IMG/VR virus record: IMGVR_UViG_3300029705_000021
Strand: one strand, 5' to 3'
Length of the DNA: 64,000 bases
Source: a virus
Lineage: Duplodnaviria > Caudoviricetes
Positions 40,314 to 51,719 of the stretch are shown here, in pieces (position 1 is the first letter of the stretch; each line of letters begins with the position of its first letter). The notes below the pieces were generated by a model. The model saw only the letters and a list, made by a program, of their open reading frames with translations, had not been told where the DNA came from and made no database searches. A program made the translations under genes and the position numbers.

Positions 40314-42623
40314 TTATTCCTTTCTTGTAATTTTGATTAGTTTTAGAAACTCTTGCATAAATGTATTACGTTTAAGATTTTCTTTCTTCTTGATTACCAT
40401 ATTAATAGTTTCAGGCAATCCGAGATGAAAACACATCAATTTAGTTCTAGTAAGCATAACGTACAAAAGATTGCTAGTGTCCATGAAGATATGGCTACGA
40501 GGTTCTACAATAATAGGTATTTTAATTCCTGAACCTTGAGACTTATGACCAGTAATAGCATATCCTAACAAAATATTTTGCATATCATTTCTATAATATC
40601 TTACTTCTGTCCCACTAAAATCTAAAATTACATATTGTAACTGAAAATTAATTTCCTTAATTACAGCAGTTTCTCCATTCGCAATTAATGTTTTTTGTGG
40701 CTCTCCAAAAGGGTCTTCTAATATCATATCATCTGCGTATAGTTCTGCTTTATAATTATTTTGTTGCTGCATAACTAAATCACCTTCATAAAATACAACG
40801 TCTCCAACTTTAAAATGTTTAGTTGAACCATAATTTTTATTTGCTATTTTTTGAAGTTCATTATTTAAAGCTACTGTTCCATATGCCCCAACATTTTTAG
40901 CAGTTAATACTTGAATATCAGAAACATCTAAACTTAATCCTTTGCTCTCTTGCCACTCTTTAGATAACAACTTTTTATATAAAGCAAGAGTATTTTTAAT
41001 AATATCTTTATCTTCACATTTGATAAATGTGTAATCTTTGTTTTTGCCAAAGGTAGTCATTGTTCCAATATCTTTCTTTAAGAAAGGTTTACCATTACGA
41101 ACATCTGTTGCAACAGTCATTAAGCCACCTTCAGCATAACGGAAGATTTTACTTAATATGACTTTAGCGATTTTGTTTGACTCAATCATATCATATAAAG
41201 CATTACCTGCTCCTACGCTAGAACACTGAGCTGGATCTCCAACTAACAATAACTTTGTTCTTGAAAAATCAATGGCATCAATTATATGTTCAAATAAATA
41301 AACATCTACCATAGAGAACTCATCAATAATTATTAAATCATAAGGAACTTTATTTTCTAAATTATAATGCCACCCATTATATGATTCAAAGTCTGGATAA
41401 CCTAAACCTCTATGTACAGTTTTAGCTTCTTCTCCAATATATTCTGTTAATACTTTTGCTGCTTTTCCAGTTGAAGATAAGCATAAATAAGTTTTATTAT
41501 TACCTTTGCACATATTTAATACAGCTTGTGTCGAATAACTTTTACCGCTTCCTGCAAAACCTGCTAGTATAACTACTTGATTATCACATAATAACTTATT
41601 TACTTGTTGTTGTTCTTCACTTAGTTCACAACCATCTACAAACTTATATTGTGATGTATCTATATTCCATTGATTAGATGTTTCAGCAGAAGCATCAATT
41701 AATTCTGTTGCTATATATAATTCAGTATCATATGCTCTTCTCAATGCAACAACTAATTTATCTTTATCATAATAAATTGAATTATCTTTTAATGCTTCAA
41801 CAAATTTACCAGCGCAAGCTGGAGTAAGCTTTAAGATTTGTTGTCTTAATTCTCTAAGATCAAGACGTGTGTTACCTTGAGTCTCATTTTCTTCTAGTAA
41901 ATATACACATGCTGCAAGACATCTTTGCTTGCTTGTTTTTAAATCATAACCAAAATCAATTACCTTTTCTTTTTCTAACTCTAACGCTATATGATCAGCA
42001 GTTTTAAATCCAATTCCACTAATTCTAGTTAAACAAGCATATGGATCTTCTTTTAATTTTATCTTTAAAGCTTTAACAGATAAATAAACATTATATAATT
42101 TTTGTATCATTGCCATTGACAATAATCCTTTAAATTCGATAACCATTTCTGCTAAAGCATAGTTTTCAATAATCTTTCTCTTTATAACTTCAAAACGTGC
42201 TTCTTTAATACCACATGTTTTTGTTAAATCAATATCATCAAGTTTATCATCTATAACTCTTTGAACAATATCTGGATATGCTTCATACATAACACGAGCC
42301 TGATCTGGTGTAAGTATTTCTTTTAAAAACAAATACATATCTTCTGCATTTTTAGGACGATTACGACTAATATTAATTACTTTGTAAGAATAACCATTTT
42401 TGCCATTAGTTTCTTCTGCTTTAATTTGATAGTCTAAACCTTCTCCGAGTTCATGAAGATTTCCTTGTATTGCCACATTTCCATATTGAGTTCGTTTTAA
42501 TCCTAGTTTTAAGATTTCTTCAGGTTGTACATCAACAGCAAAAATACGATATCCAGAAGAATCATCTCCCCATATTTTTCTTACAACTGTTCCTGTGAAC
42601 TCTACAATCTTTGCATTTGCCAT
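40314..42623 (-). CDS. recD2: RecD2-like SF1B helicase
   Basis: HhH GIGFKTAD, GFAGSGKS, IIDEFSM, VGDPAQ, YAITGHKSQGS. Confidence 0.9.
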   Translation of the reverse strand: MANAKIVEFTGTVVRKIWGDDSSGYRIFAVDVQPEEILKLGLKRTQYGNVAIQGNLHELGEGLDYQIKAEETNGKNGYSYKVINISRNRPKNAEDMYLFLKEILTPDQARVMYEAYPDIVQRVIDDKLDDIDLTKTCGIKEARFEVIKRKIIENYALAEMVIEFKGLLSMAMIQKLYNVYLSVKALKIKLKEDPYACLTRISGIGFKTADHIALELEKEKVIDFGYDLKTSKQRCLAACVYLLEENETQGNTRLDLRELRQQILKLTPACAGKFVEALKDNSIYYDKDKLVVALRRAYDTELYIATELIDASAETSNQWNIDTSQYKFVDGCELSEEQQQVNKLLCDNQVVILAGFAGSGKSYSTQAVLNMCKGNNKTYLCLSSTGKAAKVLTEYIGEEAKTVHRGLGYPDFESYNGWHYNLENKVPYDLIIIDEFSMVDVYLFEHIIDAIDFSRTKLLLVGDPAQCSSVGAGNALYDMIESNKIAKVILSKIFRYAEGGLMTVATDVRNGKPFLKKDIGTMTTFGKNKDYTFIKCEDKDIIKNTLALYKKLLSKEWQESKGLSLDVSDIQVLTAKNVGAYGTVALNNELQKIANKNYGSTKHFKVGDVVFYEGDLVMQQQNNYKAELYADDMILEDPFGEPQKTLIANGETAVIKEINFQLQYVILDFSGTEVRYYRNDMQNILLGYAITGHKSQGSGIKIPIIVEPRSHIFMDTSNLLYVMLTRTKLMCFHLGLPETINMVIKKKENLKRNTFMQEFLKLIKITRKE

Positions 42624-42690
42624 TAGTTTTCCTTTCTTACTCGTAAGGAGAATTGTATACTTCTCCTTACAAGTATATTTTTAATTAGTT

Positions 42691-45600
42691 TTATTTGATT
42701 ACTTCATAATCAGTAAGTATTTCTTCAGTTTCATCTGTGATCGTCCATTCACCATTCACATTCTTCTTTTTAAATTGTGTAGTGAATTCATTCACTTTCA
42801 ACACAGAGTAAAGACCAAACGGTTGTTTTTCATATATTTTAACACTAGTTATCTTAGTTTTGATATCTTCTCCTGTACGAACATTATGAAGAGTAACATA
42901 AGGTTTACGACTCTCCTTGAAAGTTTTATATTCGGTAACTATCCAGTAACTCTCGTGTACTTTAGGATTAGTATATATAACATAATTAAGATATTCTTGC
43001 TCAAATTTAACCTGCTCTACAACACTTAATGCTTTATTGTCAATGCGTTTTGCTAATTCTGTAACTAATCCAATATTGTCAATATCACTATATTGTTTTG
43101 CTGTTTCTTTAGCACAATATTTTTGAGCCAAGTATTCTGAAATACCATACTCTTCAAGTTTATCCTTTTTAAGCTGCTTACAAGTTAACATAGCTGGCTT
43201 AATAATCTTACTTCCTTCTTTTACACCATTACATAATTTAATTATTTCTAATAAATATTTGTTCTTACCAAATTGTTCAAAGAAATTTAATCCAACAAGA
43301 ATTTCTAACTGACGAGAGTTAACAGATGTTTTCTCATTAATGTCAATTAAGAGTTCTACAAAGTTATTATATTTGTTTTTTGAAAGTTCATATAATTCCT
43401 CTGCTATTTGAGCATTGCAGAATTTTATAGAAGATAAACCTTTGTAAATTACATTTTCTTCTTTATTCATTTCATATTCAGCACGAGATTTACCAAATTT
43501 AATATTTCTTATTGTTATACCAAAATAATCTAACTCTGAAATAAGGTTAGCAGTTCTTTCCATATCATCAGCGTACAAACTTAATGTAACTGTAAAATAT
43601 TCTAGTGGATAATGAGATTTTAAATATGCTCCATATAATGAATCAATAGCTACTGACAAAGCATGTGAAGCATTAAAAGAATATCTTGCAGCATCTTCTA
43701 CTACTTGCCATGTTTCAGCAAATCCGTCTTCTGTACCTACATTTTGAATCCATCCTTGAATAAGAGTATTTTTAAGTTCATTCAACTCTTCTTCTTTAAA
43801 CTTCTTTTTTGCAATCTTTTTAATAATATCATATGTGCCTTTTTCTTCAATTCCTAACCATACTAAGTATGCCATAATTGATTCTTGGTATAAGAGATAG
43901 TGAAAAGAATCATTAAGTAAATTATCTAATTCTTTTACACCAGTTGAATAAGGTAATCTATCTAAGAAGTTATTTAACAATGATGCAAATCCTGGTCTAA
44001 TGGCAGCTACCCAAGCACTTAATTCTGCTAGGTTCTTTGCTTTATATCTAGACATTAATTGTTTGCCTAAATCAGAGTCTACCTGATTAATAGTTGTTGT
44101 TAAACCTTTTTCATAAATATCCCAAACTTTATCATCGCAATTATTTACAAGTGTAGCAATATCATCAATAGGTCTGCCTATTAATTTATAAACCTTATCA
44201 ATAATTTCATATACTTTTACGGTTAAGTAATCGTTCTTTAAGAACTTAAAGACATCGCAATTGTAACCGTCAAGCACACAACAGATTTGTTCACCTACTT
44301 TAATTAATCCGACCTTTTCTGAAATTGAATCATTTGAAAGTAAAAACGAACAAGGAGATGGTGCTACTGATTCTATAACTCCTCTAAATCTTCTACTATT
44401 TTCAATTTCAATTGTCCATTTAGAATGATTTGATATAATGTCTTCATCAGTATTAGCATTATCTGCAAATAATTTTGCCACTTCATCATATTCATCTATA
44501 TGATATCCTCTTGACTTACACCAAAGTCTAAAAGCAGATGAACGTTGCATTGGTTTATATGCAATCATATAATAAATACCATCTTCTCCAAGGATATCTT
44601 TTGTAGCTTGAATTACAGGTTCTACACTAGCAAAGTTAAGATCAATATCTGGAAGAGATTTAGAACTTAAAATACGTTCTGCCGACATAAATCGTGTCGG
44701 ATATAATTTAGTTGGAGCTTTGATTCTGTCAACTTCTGTCAATCCTAAAAGATTATTAATTAAAAATGATACTGCTGAACCTCTTCCAGAACGTGTTAAA
44801 ACAGCATCATATTTATTGACTGCTCTATTAACAACCATATGGTCAAGAATAAAGTAATCTGCCATTCCACATTTCTGAACAATATCAGTTTCATAATAAA
44901 TTGCATCTGTATATTCTTTATATTTTTCTTTCTTTACTGTATTCTTTTTATTGTCCCAAGAACGTTTTATAATTTCTCTAAGAACTTTATCGCTATCATC
45001 ATTAGAAAATCCTTCTCCTAATTCTTCTTTAATAAATTCATTTGGAACTTTCGGTATTTTAAATTCTTTATCGGTATAACAAGGTTCGGCATTATCAAAA
45101 ATTAAAGTATTATCTAATGCTTGTTTTGCTTGTTCTTCTGTTAATACACCTTGTAATTTATATCTTTCTAGAATTGTATCATAATCTGGATAATCTAAAA
45201 CAAAGCCTTTTTCTTCTTCATAAAAAATACCTTTTGCTTGGAGAAATAAATCTCTATAATATGAATCCTTCTCATAAATATAATGACTATCATTTGCATG
45301 AATAAGTGGAATATTATATTCTTTATGTAAAGCCAAAATCATTTTATTATAATTGGCTTGTTCCCATGCTTTATGACTTTGTACTTCTAAATAAAAGTTT
45401 TTACCAAAATGATTTTTAACAGGTTCAAGAAATTTATAATACCAATCTTTATTAGGATCTGGATTAAACCATTCTTTTGTTTCTGGATCTATTTTTGGCA
45501 TAGCTCCTGAAAGTCTACCTGCTATACAAGCAGTTGTAACTATTGTATCCGTAGGAGTTAAAGATAATAATTCTTTTAATCCAATTCTAGGTTTATAATA

Positions 45601-45939
45601 GAATCCATCTGTATTAGCAATAGACATAATTTTATTGATTTCATATCTTGCTTTTTCTGTCATTGCAATTAGCATAATATGATATGATTTTCTCTCAATT
45701 TTATCTTCAATATCATCTACATAGTATGCCTCTACTGAATATATAGGTTTAAGATTATATTTTTCGCATAATGTTTGTGTTTCATAAATATTTCCTTGAA
45801 AACCATGTTCTCCAGTAAAATATGTCGTATGTCCAAGTTCTACTGCTCTTTGCATATATTCTTCAGGTTTTGTTACACAGTCAAGAGTACGAAGATTACT
45901 ATAATGTGTATGTTTATGATAATTATTATATCGGTTCAT
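42691..45939 (-). CDS. dnaE: DNA polymerase III alpha subunit (PHP domain plus C-family polymerase)
   Basis: YHKHTHYS PHP motif, GRGSA, PDIDLN, YSFNASHA. Confidence 0.95.
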   Translation of the reverse strand: MNRYNNYHKHTHYSNLRTLDCVTKPEEYMQRAVELGHTTYFTGEHGFQGNIYETQTLCEKYNLKPIYSVEAYYVDDIEDKIERKSYHIMLIAMTEKARYEINKIMSIANTDGFYYKPRIGLKELLSLTPTDTIVTTACIAGRLSGAMPKIDPETKEWFNPDPNKDWYYKFLEPVKNHFGKNFYLEVQSHKAWEQANYNKMILALHKEYNIPLIHANDSHYIYEKDSYYRDLFLQAKGIFYEEEKGFVLDYPDYDTILERYKLQGVLTEEQAKQALDNTLIFDNAEPCYTDKEFKIPKVPNEFIKEELGEGFSNDDSDKVLREIIKRSWDNKKNTVKKEKYKEYTDAIYYETDIVQKCGMADYFILDHMVVNRAVNKYDAVLTRSGRGSAVSFLINNLLGLTEVDRIKAPTKLYPTRFMSAERILSSKSLPDIDLNFASVEPVIQATKDILGEDGIYYMIAYKPMQRSSAFRLWCKSRGYHIDEYDEVAKLFADNANTDEDIISNHSKWTIEIENSRRFRGVIESVAPSPCSFLLSNDSISEKVGLIKVGEQICCVLDGYNCDVFKFLKNDYLTVKVYEIIDKVYKLIGRPIDDIATLVNNCDDKVWDIYEKGLTTTINQVDSDLGKQLMSRYKAKNLAELSAWVAAIRPGFASLLNNFLDRLPYSTGVKELDNLLNDSFHYLLYQESIMAYLVWLGIEEKGTYDIIKKIAKKKFKEEELNELKNTLIQGWIQNVGTEDGFAETWQVVEDAARYSFNASHALSVAIDSLYGAYLKSHYPLEYFTVTLSLYADDMERTANLISELDYFGITIRNIKFGKSRAEYEMNKEENVIYKGLSSIKFCNAQIAEELYELSKNKYNNFVELLIDINEKTSVNSRQLEILVGLNFFEQFGKNKYLLEIIKLCNGVKEGSKIIKPAMLTCKQLKKDKLEEYGISEYLAQKYCAKETAKQYSDIDNIGLVTELAKRIDNKALSVVEQVKFEQEYLNYVIYTNPKVHESYWIVTEYKTFKESRKPYVTLHNVRTGEDIKTKITSVKIYEKQPFGLYSVLKVNEFTTQFKKKNVNGEWTITDETEEILTDYEVIK

Positions 45940-46012
45940 GTTTCACCACCTATAAATTTAATTAGTTTAATATTAAGTAACAGACAGAAGCATATACTTC
46001 TATCTGTACTTC

Positions 46013-46041
46013 ATTCTACCATGATTTACAATATTTGTCAA
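46013..46041 (-). promoter_or_regulatory. SigmaA-type promoter upstream of dnaE
   Basis: TTGACA-17 nt-TAGAAT with extended TG. Confidence 0.65.
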
Positions 46042-46078
46042 GTGAAATTTTCAAATTATTTGTAAATTTAATTAGTTT

Positions 46079-47269
46079 CTATAAATCATTAAGCCAGCTT
46101 AAATCGTCTTCAGCAAAGTCCTCTTCTGCTGTCTTCTTAGCACCACCAAGAATATCCCCATTCTTCTCTGCAGTCATTTTATCAAGATATTGTTTGTAAG
46201 GCTTGATTGTTGGAATTGAATAACCACAAAGATTATTATAATAATAGCTCTGAGCTTTTAACGATTCTTCATCGTCCCAAAACAACTTCTCAGCACCATC
46301 AGCATCACCAATCTCCATTAAACAATTATACTCTTCTGTCTTCTGATTGATTTCTGATACTGTCTCAATAATTTCTTCTTTTAACTTCTCATAAAAGTTC
46401 CAAATATCATCAACATAAACATAACAATCATTGATGGTATATTTTGCTTGTACATCTTCAGGAAGGCATTTAATATCATTTGTTTGAGCTAAGGCATCAA
46501 GATATTCTATTATCTGACCTTCGTATCCTAATTTTTTAAGCCATGTTTTAACTGATGCTTGTAACTTCTCTCCGATTTCATAACGCTCAATTGTTCTAGT
46601 TTTAATTTTACCATTCATCTGCTCACAATCAATATTTACATACTTAAGGAAGTTCCAACAACATCTAATCTTATCCTTTGGAACACCTAGCTGTCTAAGT
46701 GCTTCTGAATATAATACTAACTGAGCAGCATGTTCTTCAATGGCTTTGCCACTATATTGTGTGCTTGTTTTATAATCTACTACTGTATATACTTCATCTT
46801 CGTTCTTATATACAGCATCAATATATCCCTGCATAACAATATCGTCTGTAATCTTAATTGTAACAAATTGTTCATTCTGCATCTTATATGGAAGCTTATT
46901 ATAATTCTTAAAGAAGTGTACTAAATCCTTATAATATTTATTTTTAATATTATCATTCTTAGTCGAATCATTTCTATCAAACACTAATTGAGCAATATCA
47001 ATATTAGTCATCCAAATATCTTCAAATTGATCTGCCATTTCTTCATACTTTACTTTACCATCATATAATCCTTCAAGCACATCGTGAACTGCCGAACCTA
47101 AGCTTGCATAAGCACTCTGTTTTTCGTTATTTTCTGGTAAATGTTTTATGTATTTAAGCATCCACTCATATTTTGAAGTTCTATAAGAATCAAACTTACT
47201 AAAACTCCAAAGTTGATCAACGCCAAACTTCTTTTTTATTTCATTCAATTCATCATACGATAATCTCAT
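46079..47269 (-). CDS. PD-(D/E)XK (RecB-like) exonuclease
   Basis: WSFSK, GSAVHDVLE, GYIDAV...VVDYKTS, QLVLY. Confidence 0.85.
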   Translation of the reverse strand: MRLSYDELNEIKKKFGVDQLWSFSKFDSYRTSKYEWMLKYIKHLPENNEKQSAYASLGSAVHDVLEGLYDGKVKYEEMADQFEDIWMTNIDIAQLVFDRNDSTKNDNIKNKYYKDLVHFFKNYNKLPYKMQNEQFVTIKITDDIVMQGYIDAVYKNEDEVYTVVDYKTSTQYSGKAIEEHAAQLVLYSEALRQLGVPKDKIRCCWNFLKYVNIDCEQMNGKIKTRTIERYEIGEKLQASVKTWLKKLGYEGQIIEYLDALAQTNDIKCLPEDVQAKYTINDCYVYVDDIWNFYEKLKEEIIETVSEINQKTEEYNCLMEIGDADGAEKLFWDDEESLKAQSYYYNNLCGYSIPTIKPYKQYLDKMTAEKNGDILGGAKKTAEEDFAEDDLSWLNDL

Positions 47270-48358
47270 TTATTTCTCCTTTTTCTCTAAACTCTTAAGA
47301 TATTTTTTATGTAATTCTTCAGTATATTCAATTCTATATTTATAAAGATAATTATAAATTTTATTACTAGCATCTGCAGGAGAATCCTTTTCTCCTAATA
47401 AATTATGCTTATCCCAGATATAAGATGTTTTTCTTTGTCTAAAAAATTTCTCACACATAGACCAAATTTCTTCTTCTACAACATCGTTATCTAATGATAT
47501 AACTATTTCATTCACATCTAATCCCAATATAATACGAACTTGCTCTTCACTTAATGTTTTCCCACTAATAGCAACCCAAGTACTATCGCCACGAGAGTCC
47601 CTTTTAAGAACACTCTTTTCACTCTCTCCAATAACAATAACGTGTTGCTTTTCAATCTCACCCATATTCTGATATAAACCATAAAGATTAAGTTCTTTTT
47701 TCATACCAGGCGTTAAGAAATACTTTTTTATATCGAAGAGGTCAAAGTTTTCTATAGAAGTTCTTGCATTATATCCCATTAGCTGACCTGTCAACCAATA
47801 ATAATGAGGAAAAATTGTTCTTTTCCATTTATAGCTGTAGCCTAAATGAAATTTATCAATAGTTTTTCTTATAATACCCTCTCTAAACAAATCAATATGT
47901 ATACTAGGATAAAAATCATCTAATATATCTTCATCTAAATATTTAATCTCATTTACATCACAAACATGTCTTTTTCTTGAAGCTGCTTTTTTAAATATTG
48001 CCAAAGGATCAAACTTAGGTTTCTCAGGTTCTTTCTTTTTAAGAGAATATTTATATTCTAATCCTAAAAGTTTATGGGTGTATTTAATTGCTTCTGAAAA
48101 TTTCATTTTCTTAACATCTTGAATTAAGTTAAATATATCTTTACCATCTTCTATGTGAATATTACGTGAATAACTGTAATAGTTGAGGTCTTTACACTTC
48201 TTTATGACAACCCCCATAGCATTATTCCCATCAGGCTGACACGCAGAATAAAATTCCTTCTCAGGATGGAAGACTATCTTCGTACAGCCTATGTCTTCTA
48301 AAATACATTCAATTTTATTATTATTGTTTACATATTCTTTTAATTCAATTGCCGTCAT
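47270..48358 (-). CDS. DNA primase (TOPRIM), SPbeta YorJ-like
   Basis: NLYGL, IGESEKSVL, ISLDND, KDSPAD; adjacent to DnaB. Confidence 0.8.
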   Translation of the reverse strand: MTAIELKEYVNNNNKIECILEDIGCTKIVFHPEKEFYSACQPDGNNAMGVVIKKCKDLNYYSYSRNIHIEDGKDIFNLIQDVKKMKFSEAIKYTHKLLGLEYKYSLKKKEPEKPKFDPLAIFKKAASRKRHVCDVNEIKYLDEDILDDFYPSIHIDLFREGIIRKTIDKFHLGYSYKWKRTIFPHYYWLTGQLMGYNARTSIENFDLFDIKKYFLTPGMKKELNLYGLYQNMGEIEKQHVIVIGESEKSVLKRDSRGDSTWVAISGKTLSEEQVRIILGLDVNEIVISLDNDVVEEEIWSMCEKFFRQRKTSYIWDKHNLLGEKDSPADASNKIYNYLYKYRIEYTEELHKKYLKSLEKKEK

Positions 48359-48388
48359 ACTTTTCTAGTCTCCCATCCTTTATTTTAT

Positions 48389-49921
48389 TTAGAAATCAAT
48401 AGGTACGTTACATATACCAATTTCTTTCATAATGTTTCTGCTCATATCATGTTCTACTACGATTTGATATTGATTAGCTGATCCTTCACGATTTTTTATA
48501 ATGAACAAGATTTGATAACGTTTATCTTTTTCGAGTTTGACTGGTATTTTTGTCTTACCATTCTTCCCTTCAAGTTTATATACATGAAGCTCTCTATTTT
48601 CTCCTGTCTTTTCATCATCATATAAATCACGTATCATAATACATGTACTAGCTGGATCAATAATGTTTTTACTAACACCAATATTATCTTGAGTATAATA
48701 TCTTTGTTTCACAGAGCCTTTTGCCAACTGAAATGTAATCATAATATGTAAATTATTTGCTTCAGGTTTAACTACATCATTGATTTCAACCATATTCTGT
48801 TGCATTTCTAACCAGCTATTTTCACTAACTTTTCCTGCATCCATCTTATATGTATCTAACAAGAAATAGCGTACTCCCATACTACTAAATTTACGAATTA
48901 CCTTTATTGCTTTTTCAGTTTGATACTTTTGAAATGGAACAACGGTAATAATATGATTTTGTGTTTGTTCTTTAATCCATTGTGCTGCATCTTTAAGAGC
49001 CTGTTTTACATCCGAAGTGTATTTACCATCTCTTACTACATGTTTTTGTAAATCAAAACCTATTACATTATTTGCAACAAATACCATTAATTCACGTTGC
49101 CACTTTTTGATTCCATCCTCATTCAACATAATAACAATAGGTTCTTTTTCTTTAATAATTGATGGAAGAATCGAGGTACGTGCGAATGTACTTTTACCAA
49201 CGTTTGAGAGTCCTCCAACTAATGTGATAGAACCAAGATATTGTCCACCAGTTTCTTTTGTTAATAAAGGCATATTATTATATGGTAAACCAATTGCTAA
49301 ACCTTGATCTAATTCTTCAATTAGTTCGTCAATACCATCAGAAATATCATAACTTTTAACATCTTGATCAATATTGACAAAAGTATCATTTAGATAAGCA
49401 TTGTATTCGTCATATATCTCTTCAGCAGTCATATCATGAAAATCTGCCAATCTCTCAGAAGAAACAGGAAAACCTAATTTAACCAATCTACAAAGTGCAT
49501 TATGTTTTCTTAATTCTCTTAAATATCCATCAAAATTTTCTGTCTTAACATAAGTCATTGCAGACTCAATCATTGCATATCCACCATACTCTTCTACTTT
49601 CGCTAAGAGTTTCTTATGCTTTTCGAGGTACAGATTCACTGTTATTTGATCTAACGAATTCTTCTTTTCTACCAATACTAAATCACTAGCAATAGTAAAG
49701 AATACTCTCCAAACATTATTACTAAACTCTTCTAAGACAAGATTTGTTTCTCTTAATAAGTCTGGTTCTTTATATAAAATACTTACCACGTTTGCTTCCG
49801 CAGTAACTTTGTATTCATTAATTCTTTTTAATACTTCGATTTGTTCTTGTTCAAAAGGAGTAAGTTTAGTTGTTTTAGTAGATGACTTCGTAGTTGTAGA
49901 TTTCTTAGTTGTTGTCGCCAT
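48389..49921 (-). CDS. Replicative DnaB-like helicase, SPbeta YorI-like
   Basis: GGLSNVGKST Walker A, LLDTYK, IIKNREG. Confidence 0.85.
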   Translation of the reverse strand: MATTTKKSTTTKSSTKTTKLTPFEQEQIEVLKRINEYKVTAEANVVSILYKEPDLLRETNLVLEEFSNNVWRVFFTIASDLVLVEKKNSLDQITVNLYLEKHKKLLAKVEEYGGYAMIESAMTYVKTENFDGYLRELRKHNALCRLVKLGFPVSSERLADFHDMTAEEIYDEYNAYLNDTFVNIDQDVKSYDISDGIDELIEELDQGLAIGLPYNNMPLLTKETGGQYLGSITLVGGLSNVGKSTFARTSILPSIIKEKEPIVIMLNEDGIKKWQRELMVFVANNVIGFDLQKHVVRDGKYTSDVKQALKDAAQWIKEQTQNHIITVVPFQKYQTEKAIKVIRKFSSMGVRYFLLDTYKMDAGKVSENSWLEMQQNMVEINDVVKPEANNLHIMITFQLAKGSVKQRYYTQDNIGVSKNIIDPASTCIMIRDLYDDEKTGENRELHVYKLEGKNGKTKIPVKLEKDKRYQILFIIKNREGSANQYQIVVEHDMSRNIMKEIGICNVPIDF

Positions 49922-50389
49922 TTACCATAAACCCTCCAATCTTTTGTTAATCTTACGTTCTGTATTATTAGTCTTATATTCAGCACCCTCATGAGTCATA
50001 ATAGAAGTGTCAACACTCTCAACTTTTTCTTGAGTTTTTTGAGCATTTAAATATCTACTATACATATCATTAATCTTATCTCTCACGATAGCACAAACAT
50101 AAGACATTTTATTTGATTCATCTTCAAAATTCTTATTACGAATTGCATTTTGAATTTTTGTTTTATTAGCCTTAAAAGTCATAAGGATGACATTAAAAGG
50201 ATAATCACCGAATTTTTCACAATTATTATTTGCAACATTCTGACCAGTTTGAAGACCTTTGAGAATTAAACAAGCTTTTTTCTGAAGACGTTGAGTTTTT
50301 ATATCATAATTGAAGATATTAACTTCTATCCATTCACAAAGTTCTCTCCACTGAATTTTTTCTTCTTCTGTCATTTTTTTATTAGCCAT
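49922..50389 (-). CDS. Replication-module protein (YorH-like; possible helicase loader)
   Basis: Lies between the AAA ATPase and DnaB, as in SPbeta-like phages. Confidence 0.5.
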   Translation of the reverse strand: MANKKMTEEEKIQWRELCEWIEVNIFNYDIKTQRLQKKACLILKGLQTGQNVANNNCEKFGDYPFNVILMTFKANKTKIQNAIRNKNFEDESNKMSYVCAIVRDKINDMYSRYLNAQKTQEKVESVDTSIMTHEGAEYKTNNTERKINKRLEGLW

Positions 50390-50502
50390 AATAACTCCTT
50401 ATGTCTTGTTGTTTTCTAGTTACATTTAATCTTTATACAAGTACAGCCACAAGATTACTCTTGCAGCGTATACTTTTATACTATTTTATTTTATATTATT
50501 AA

Positions 50503-51639
50503 TTACTCTTCAATCATAGCAAGAAGTTCTTTAGCCAACTTCATATCAGTAACTTCTGTAGGTTTAACACCTGCTTCTTTACATCTATCAACAATAGGTT
50601 TAATAGTATCCATATTAGATTTATTTTCTTTAATAAAATCTAAAACCTTTGCCATAACTTCATCTACAGATTTCTGAGCCTTTTTTGCTTTTTCAGCTTT
50701 AGCAATTTCTTTTAACTTCTCTGCTTCTGCAGCTTCTTGTTCTGCTTTTGTTTCTTCAAATGATTTACCACTCTTTGATTGTTCTGCCTTAATAGCATCT
50801 TCAATAGCCTTAATAAATTCATCTGCATTCATAGGAACTTCAGGTACAATATTACTGAAACGTGAACCAGCATCAACTGCATAACCTTCATCACGGAACT
50901 TAATCTTTCTAGTTTCCTCTGATATAGAACTCTTCATAACATCCTTACCTTTGATGTCTTTTTTGCCTGTCTTCTCTTTTACTATCTCACGATCAACGTA
51001 AGCAAGAGCTAAAAAGTGTAATTGCTTCTTTAATGCATTAAAATAATTTTGTTGCTGGTCAGAAGTTAAAATCTGATACTGTTCTCCAGTTACTGTATCT
51101 GTAATATCTTTAGTCTTAACGTGACCAATTATAATTGTCTCTACACCAACTTTCTTAAGACGGTTCTTCATATCCCACATAAGTTCCATGGCTTTCTTTT
51201 CACCACGACCAAAACCGCCCCAAGCACCATTAATTGTTTCTGCTTTTTTATCAGATGATACAGATTTATTATATAAACGAATTGCTTCTTCTTCTGCAAG
51301 AGGAATAATCTGATCATATGTATCCCAAACCACTACTTTTAAATTAGGATAATCTGTTGTTTTATTTTCACAAATATCTTCTACGATATCTGCTAATCCT
51401 ACAATATCTTCATCTTCATCTGACCACCAAGACTCAACATTTTCATAATTGATATTTTCAATTGCTGCAGCTCCTCGTTCATCACCGAATTCTAAGAATA
51501 AATATCCATCTTCACCTGCAAGCTTTTCACATACTTCTTTAATAAGAGTAGTTTTACCTACTTTAGCCTCTCCTAAAAGACAAGTTGAATAGTCAAGTAA
51601 ATTAATAGATACGTGATTTTTCTTACCAAATTTCGCCAT
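50503..51639 (-). CDS. AAA_24 / Sak4-like ATPase (YorG-like)
   Basis: GEAKVGKTT, VVWDT, GGFGRG, IIGH. Confidence 0.8.
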   Translation of the reverse strand: MAKFGKKNHVSINLLDYSTCLLGEAKVGKTTLIKEVCEKLAGEDGYLFLEFGDERGAAAIENINYENVESWWSDEDEDIVGLADIVEDICENKTTDYPNLKVVVWDTYDQIIPLAEEEAIRLYNKSVSSDKKAETINGAWGGFGRGEKKAMELMWDMKNRLKKVGVETIIIGHVKTKDITDTVTGEQYQILTSDQQQNYFNALKKQLHFLALAYVDREIVKEKTGKKDIKGKDVMKSSISEETRKIKFRDEGYAVDAGSRFSNIVPEVPMNADEFIKAIEDAIKAEQSKSGKSFEETKAEQEAAEAEKLKEIAKAEKAKKAQKSVDEVMAKVLDFIKENKSNMDTIKPIVDRCKEAGVKPTEVTDMKLAKELLAMIEE

Positions 51640-51719
51640 TATTATATCTCCTTTTCATTAAGCTACTGCACCATAAAGATGCAGTAGTTGTTATATTGTT
51701 TTTATATTATTAGTTAGTT

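Noticed and set aside
33310-45939. Introns or inteins in nrdD, recD2 or dnaE
   Set aside because: The ORFs are continuous and of ordinary length, with no intein motifs visible.
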